From Candidatus Iainarchaeum sp. (lineage in GTDB: Archaea; Iainarchaeota; Iainarchaeia; JAFGOX01): 39,065 nt of DNA. The notes beneath the pieces are model-generated. The model was not told the origin of the DNA. It ran no database searches and was given only the letters and a program-made list of their open reading frames with translations. Both the position numbers and the translations under genes were made by a program. Shown in pieces: positions 35,216 through 39,065 of the stretch; within the stretch, counting starts at the first letter, position 1, and each line of letters begins with the position of its first letter. The stretch covers positions 1 through 39,065 of the forward strand of contig JAFGOX010000009.1 in the NCBI GenBank assembly GCA_016926295.1, read 5' to 3'.

Positions 35216-35247
35216 ACTTATTACATTAAAATAATAAAGGTGGGGAG

Positions 35248-36567
35248 ATGGATTTCAGAGAAACTTTTAGCTTATTAGAGGAAAAAGGCAAAGCCAGAAG
35301 AATCGACAAAGAAGTAGACCCACATTTAGAAATTGCGGGCGTGTTAAATGCTTTGGACGGAACTGCAGTTATTTTTGAAAATGTAAAAAATTCTGATTAT
35401 AGAATTGCAGGAAATGTTGTCTCAGACAGAGATTATTTTGCCTGGCCTCTAGGAATAGAAAAAGAACAATTAATCCACACAATTGCAGATGCTCTCGACA
35501 ATCCAAAAGAACCCGACATTGTCCAAAACGGACCTTGCCAGGAAGTTGTCGAGGATGAAGTTGATTTAGATAAAATTCCTTTCTTAACGCATTTGGAAAA
35601 AGACGGGGGGCCATATGTAACTTCCGGAGTTGCAATAATCAACGACCCCGACCTGGGAAGAAATGCTTGTTATCACAGATTAATGAAGCGTGATAAAACA
35701 AGTTTTGCAGCAAGAATAATCCCAAAACGAGGAACCGATACTGCGTTTCAGAAAGTTGATGAGCTGGAAATGGCGGTCTGCATTGGAAACTCTGTTCCGG
35801 TTTTACTTGGAGCAGCATTATCTCCAGAAAAAAATGTGGACGAACTTGCAATTATGAATGCATTAGGCAAGACTGACTTGGTAAAATGCAAGACAAAAGA
35901 TTTGGAAGTACCGGCAGACTCGGAAATAATTCTGGAAGGAAGATTGCTCCACGAAAAAACAACTGAAGGGCCTTTTCTGGACCTGACAGAAACATGGGAT
36001 TATGCAAGAGACGACCAACCGGTTTTTCAAATTGACAAAATTACACATAGAAAAGACCCTATACACCATGCTCTGCTTCCAGGAAGAAACGAACACAAAC
36101 TGCTCATGGGAATGCCAAGAGAGCCGACAATCTTCAAAGAAGTAAACAAAGTTTGCGAATGTAAAAATGTTTCAATCACACTTGGCGGATGCTCGTGGCT
36201 ACATGCAATAGTACAGATAAAAAAGAAAAAATGGTTTGACGGCAAAAGGGCGATAGATGCGGCGTTCAGGGGGCATAATTCACTGAAGCATTGTGTAATC
36301 ATTGATGATGATATAAACATATACAACCCGGCAGAAGTGGAATGGGCAATTGCAACAAGATTCCAGGCGGATGATGATTCAATAATACTAAGATTTCAGG
36401 ATGGAAGCTCACTAGACGCAAGTGGAAAATATTTTGAAGGCGATCCTAAGGCAAAAACAGCGAAAATGGGTTTAGACGCAACAATTCCTACGCTTGACGA
36501 ACACAATATCCAAAGTTTCAAGAAAGGAAAATACCAGGAAGTAAATTTAGCTGACTATTTGGAGTGA
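35248..36567 (+). CDS. UbiD-family (prFMN-dependent) decarboxylase, candidate anhydromevalonate phosphate decarboxylase
   Basis: 439 aa. UbiD-like GGPYVTSGVAIINDPDLGRNACYHRLM. The neighbours are AcnX-type subunits, UbiX and IPK. AGGTGG lies 5 nt before the ATG. Confidence 0.8.
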   Translation: MDFRETFSLLEEKGKARRIDKEVDPHLEIAGVLNALDGTAVIFENVKNSDYRIAGNVVSDRDYFAWPLGIEKEQLIHTIADALDNPKEPDIVQNGPCQEVVEDEVDLDKIPFLTHLEKDGGPYVTSGVAIINDPDLGRNACYHRLMKRDKTSFAARIIPKRGTDTAFQKVDELEMAVCIGNSVPVLLGAALSPEKNVDELAIMNALGKTDLVKCKTKDLEVPADSEIILEGRLLHEKTTEGPFLDLTETWDYARDDQPVFQIDKITHRKDPIHHALLPGRNEHKLLMGMPREPTIFKEVNKVCECKNVSITLGGCSWLHAIVQIKKKKWFDGKRAIDAAFRGHNSLKHCVIIDDDINIYNPAEVEWAIATRFQADDDSIILRFQDGSSLDASGKYFEGDPKAKTAKMGLDATIPTLDEHNIQSFKKGKYQEVNLADYLE

Positions 36568-36571
36568 TTAA

Positions 36572-37762
36572 ATGAATTTGACTAAAGAAGAAGAAGGAAT
36601 ATTAAATGGAGAAGAGGGTGAAGGCGTACAAAAAGCAATGCAACTAGTTGTAAAGCTTGGAGATATTTTTGGCGCAGAGGAATTGGTTGAAATCCAATCA
36701 GCACAGGCGTCAGGAGTAAGCTATAAATCAATTAAAGATGAAGGTTTAGAATGGTTAGAGGATTTTGCCAGTTTGGGGGCAAAGACCCGCGTTCCAACTT
36801 TTATGAATCCTGCCGGCATGGATTTAGAACACTGGGATTATTTTGGTTTCCCAGAAGATTTTGCTGAAAAACAATTAAGAATTATTGAGGCATTTGAGGA
36901 AATGGATGTAATACCCTCCGCGACATGCACACCTTATCTATTAGGAAACATCCCCCAAAAAGGCGAGCATCTTGCATGGGCAGAAAGCTCAGCAGTGTCA
37001 TTTGCGAATAGTGCACTTGGGGCAAGAACAAACAGGGAAGGCGGGCCATCTGCACTGGCAGCAGGAATCTGCGGCAAAACTGGAAAATATGGTTATCACT
37101 TAGACGAAAACAGGCATGCTACTCACAAAATAGATGTAGAAATTGAAATTAATAAGGTAGCTGATTTTGGAGCTCTTGGGCACAAAGTTGGAAAAATTGT
37201 GGAAGATGGTGTCCCTTATTTCACAGGAATAAAACCTAACACAGACCAGCTAAAGGCATTGGGTGCAGCAATGGCGGCATCAGGGGCAGTAGCATTGTAC
37301 CATGTAGAAGATGTTACTCCCGAGGCAAAAGAGGAAAGACCTGCGGGGCAGTATGTTGAAACAATCACATTTGGGGAAAAGGATTTGAAAGAAGAAAAGG
37401 AAAAATTAAACACAGGTGAAAAACCGGACTGCATAATGGTTGGTTGCCCCCATAGCTCAATAATAGAAATAGAGAAAATAGCAAAAATGGTTAAAGGAAA
37501 AAATTTAAAGACTAAATTATGGATTTGCACCTCGCGACCCATGAAAGAATTAGCACGAACCGCAGGATTTGTTGAAGCAATAGAAAATGCTGGCGGAGAT
37601 ATTGTTTGCGATACATGCATGGTTGTAGCACCAATAGAACAAATGGGATTCAAAACTGTTGCAGTAAACTCAGGAAAAGCAGCAGAATACCTTCCTGCGC
37701 ACTGCAAGCAGAAGGTAGTATTTGATGATATTGAAACCCTAATCAAGGGGGCGTTGGAATGA
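36572..37762 (+). CDS. Aconitase X catalytic-domain protein (DUF521), candidate phosphomevalonate dehydratase large subunit
   Basis: 396 aa. N-terminal LTKEEEGILNGEEGEGVQKAMQLVVKLGDIFGAEELVEIQSAQ, typical of DUF521/AcnX. Conserved Cys candidates in SATCTPY, VGCPHSS and VCDTCMV. Overlaps the next gene by 4 nt. Confidence 0.8.
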   Translation: MNLTKEEEGILNGEEGEGVQKAMQLVVKLGDIFGAEELVEIQSAQASGVSYKSIKDEGLEWLEDFASLGAKTRVPTFMNPAGMDLEHWDYFGFPEDFAEKQLRIIEAFEEMDVIPSATCTPYLLGNIPQKGEHLAWAESSAVSFANSALGARTNREGGPSALAAGICGKTGKYGYHLDENRHATHKIDVEIEINKVADFGALGHKVGKIVEDGVPYFTGIKPNTDQLKALGAAMAASGAVALYHVEDVTPEAKEERPAGQYVETITFGEKDLKEEKEKLNTGEKPDCIMVGCPHSSIIEIEKIAKMVKGKNLKTKLWICTSRPMKELARTAGFVEAIENAGGDIVCDTCMVVAPIEQMGFKTVAVNSGKAAEYLPAHCKQKVVFDDIETLIKGALE

Positions 37763-38154
37763 AACTAAAGGGAAGAGCAATAATGGAAGGAATCGTAGAA
37801 GGGGAAGCGTTAGTTTCGGAAATGCCGATTGGCTTTTATGGAAAGGTTGACACAGAAACCGGAATAATTCATGATGAAGGACACGATTTGGACGAAGAGT
37901 GCCTTACTGAAAAAATACTTATATTCCCAAAAGGAAAAGGAAGCACAGTGGGCTCATTTGTAATATACGGACTAGAAAAGAAAAAAACAGGGCCAAAAGC
38001 CATAATAAATGCAGAAACCGAACCAATTGTCGCAACTGGCGTGATAATCGCAGACCTACCTTGTGTCGACAGAATTGACATCTCTAAAATAAAAACAGGA
38101 GATTGGATAAAAGTAAATGGAGAAACAGGTGAAGTTGAAGTAAATGAACAATAA
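37759..38154 (+). CDS. Aconitase X swivel-domain protein (DUF126), candidate phosphomevalonate dehydratase small subunit
   Basis: 131 aa. GRAIMEGIVEGEALVSEMPIGFYGKVDTETGII...KILIFPKGKGSTVGS is typical of DUF126. Confidence 0.78.
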   Translation: MKLKGRAIMEGIVEGEALVSEMPIGFYGKVDTETGIIHDEGHDLDEECLTEKILIFPKGKGSTVGSFVIYGLEKKKTGPKAIINAETEPIVATGVIIADLPCVDRIDISKIKTGDWIKVNGETGEVEVNEQ

Positions 38155-38710
38155 ATTGATTGTCGCAATCAGCGGAGCAAGTGGATTCCAATTAGGATTT
38201 GAACTATTGAAATCATTAAAAGAAAAAGGAATCGAAACGCATCTGATAATAAGCGATGCTGCACAGAAAGTAAGACAATACGAAACTAAAATCAGTGATG
38301 AAGAACTTGTTAAATATGCAGATTTTACTTACAAACCAGAAGATATTCACACAAAAATATGCTCAAGTTCCTTTGGAGTAGACGGGATGGTAATAATTCC
38401 CTGTTCCATGAACACATTGGGGCATATTGCAAATGGACTGGAAAAAAATGCAATAACAAGAGCAGCAAACAACCAATTGAAAAGCGAAAGAAAATTAATT
38501 TTAGTGCTAAGGGAAACACCCTTGACTTTACCACAGTTAAAAAACATGGTTAAGGCAAAGGAAGCAGGATGCACAATACTACCTGCAATGATGTGCCATT
38601 ACATAAAACCGCAATCATTTAATGACATGGAGAAATTTATCGTGGGGAGAACATTAGAGTTATTAGATATTGAACATGAAGAATACAAAAGGTGGGATGT
38701 GTATGAGTGA
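38144..38710 (+). CDS. ubiX: UbiX-type flavin prenyltransferase
   Basis: 188 aa. LIVAISGASGFQLGFELLKSL, IIPCSMNTLGHIANG and LVLRETPL, typical of UbiX/Pad1 flavoproteins. 11-nt overlap with the upstream gene. Confidence 0.85.
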   Translation: MNNKLIVAISGASGFQLGFELLKSLKEKGIETHLIISDAAQKVRQYETKISDEELVKYADFTYKPEDIHTKICSSSFGVDGMVIIPCSMNTLGHIANGLEKNAITRAANNQLKSERKLILVLRETPLTLPQLKNMVKAKEAGCTILPAMMCHYIKPQSFNDMEKFIVGRTLELLDIEHEEYKRWDVYE

Positions 38711-39065
38711 TATTTTATTATTGAAACTTGGCGGCTCAGTAATTACAGAAAAGAATCTTGCATTAACTGCAAGGGAAGACACAATAGAACGCTTGGCAAG
38801 TGAAATAGCCGAAGCAAAAGAAGAAGGCGACTTTGATTTAGTTATAGTTAATGGTGCAGGGAGCTTTGGACATTATCCTGTTCAGGAATATGGGTTAATG
38901 GGAGATATACCAAAAGAAAAAATGTTTGAAGTATCAATGGTTCACAAACATGTTGAAGATTTAAATAGAAAAATTTGGGATGCATTAATAAAACATAAAT
39001 TTCCTGCAGTACCAATTCATCCAATGAGCTTTGTATATCAGAATGAAGCAGAAATAGAAATATTT
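38703..39065 (+). CDS. Isopentenyl phosphate kinase (amino-acid-kinase fold), 3' end outside window
   Basis: Hand translation: MSDILLLKLGGSVITEKN...LVIVNGAGSFGHYPVQEYGL. KLGGS and GxGSFGH motifs of IPK. 8-nt overlap with the ubiX stop. Open to the end of the window. Confidence 0.8.
   Translation, partial: MSDILLLKLGGSVITEKNLALTAREDTIERLASEIAEAKEEGDFDLVIVNGAGSFGHYPVQEYGLMGDIPKEKMFEVSMVHKHVEDLNRKIWDALIKHKFPAVPIHPMSFVYQNEAEIEIF

Noticed and set aside
37216-37746. 176-aa ORF on the minus strand
   Set aside because: It is antisense to the AcnX large-subunit gene, which has clear family motifs and operon context. Shadow ORF.

Overview
This window is a visibly AT-rich, very compact archaeal chromosome segment. 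I call 58 protein genes, all on the + strand. Many of them abut or overlap by 1-11 nt. The archaeal assignment rests on the split RNA polymerase A'/A'', aEF-2 and aEF-1alpha, r-proteins L30e/L32e/L19e/L18e/L34e/L14e/S4e, an RNase P protein and aSUI1.

The gene order fuses the classical translation and transcription operons into one co-directional supercluster:
- rpoB(3' part)-rpoA'-rpoA''-L30e-nusA-S12-S7-EF2-EF1a-S10
- archease-rtcB and one secreted/anchored hypothetical protein
- the S10-like block (L3...S17) and the spc-like block (L14...L15-secY)
- a 389-bp non-coding gap
- DUF106/YidC-like-L34e-cmk-L14e, then S13-S4-S11-rpoD-L18e-L13-S9-rpoN-eno-S2
- a MEMO-family gene, then an overlapping operon of a UbiD-like decarboxylase, split AcnX (DUF521 + DUF126), UbiX and isopentenyl phosphate kinase (cut by the window edge)

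That last operon matches the trans-anhydromevalonate-phosphate (archaeal-type) mevalonate route. This is a published pathway, not new chemistry.

I found no rRNA, tRNA, CRISPR array or mobile element.

The points most worth a second look:
- The mevalonate module.
- The anomalous gap at the position where adk normally sits. It holds 10-bp phased A-tract repeats, a duplicated palindrome and a GC-rich island.
- A stereotyped junction pattern in which the upstream stop codon is embedded in the Shine-Dalgarno-like GGTGA/AGTGA motif.
- Lys/Glu-rich low-complexity extensions on S3, L24 and S9.
- A surface-protein gene inside the translation cluster.

Every functional call comes from reading motifs and synteny by eye. 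No database search was run.
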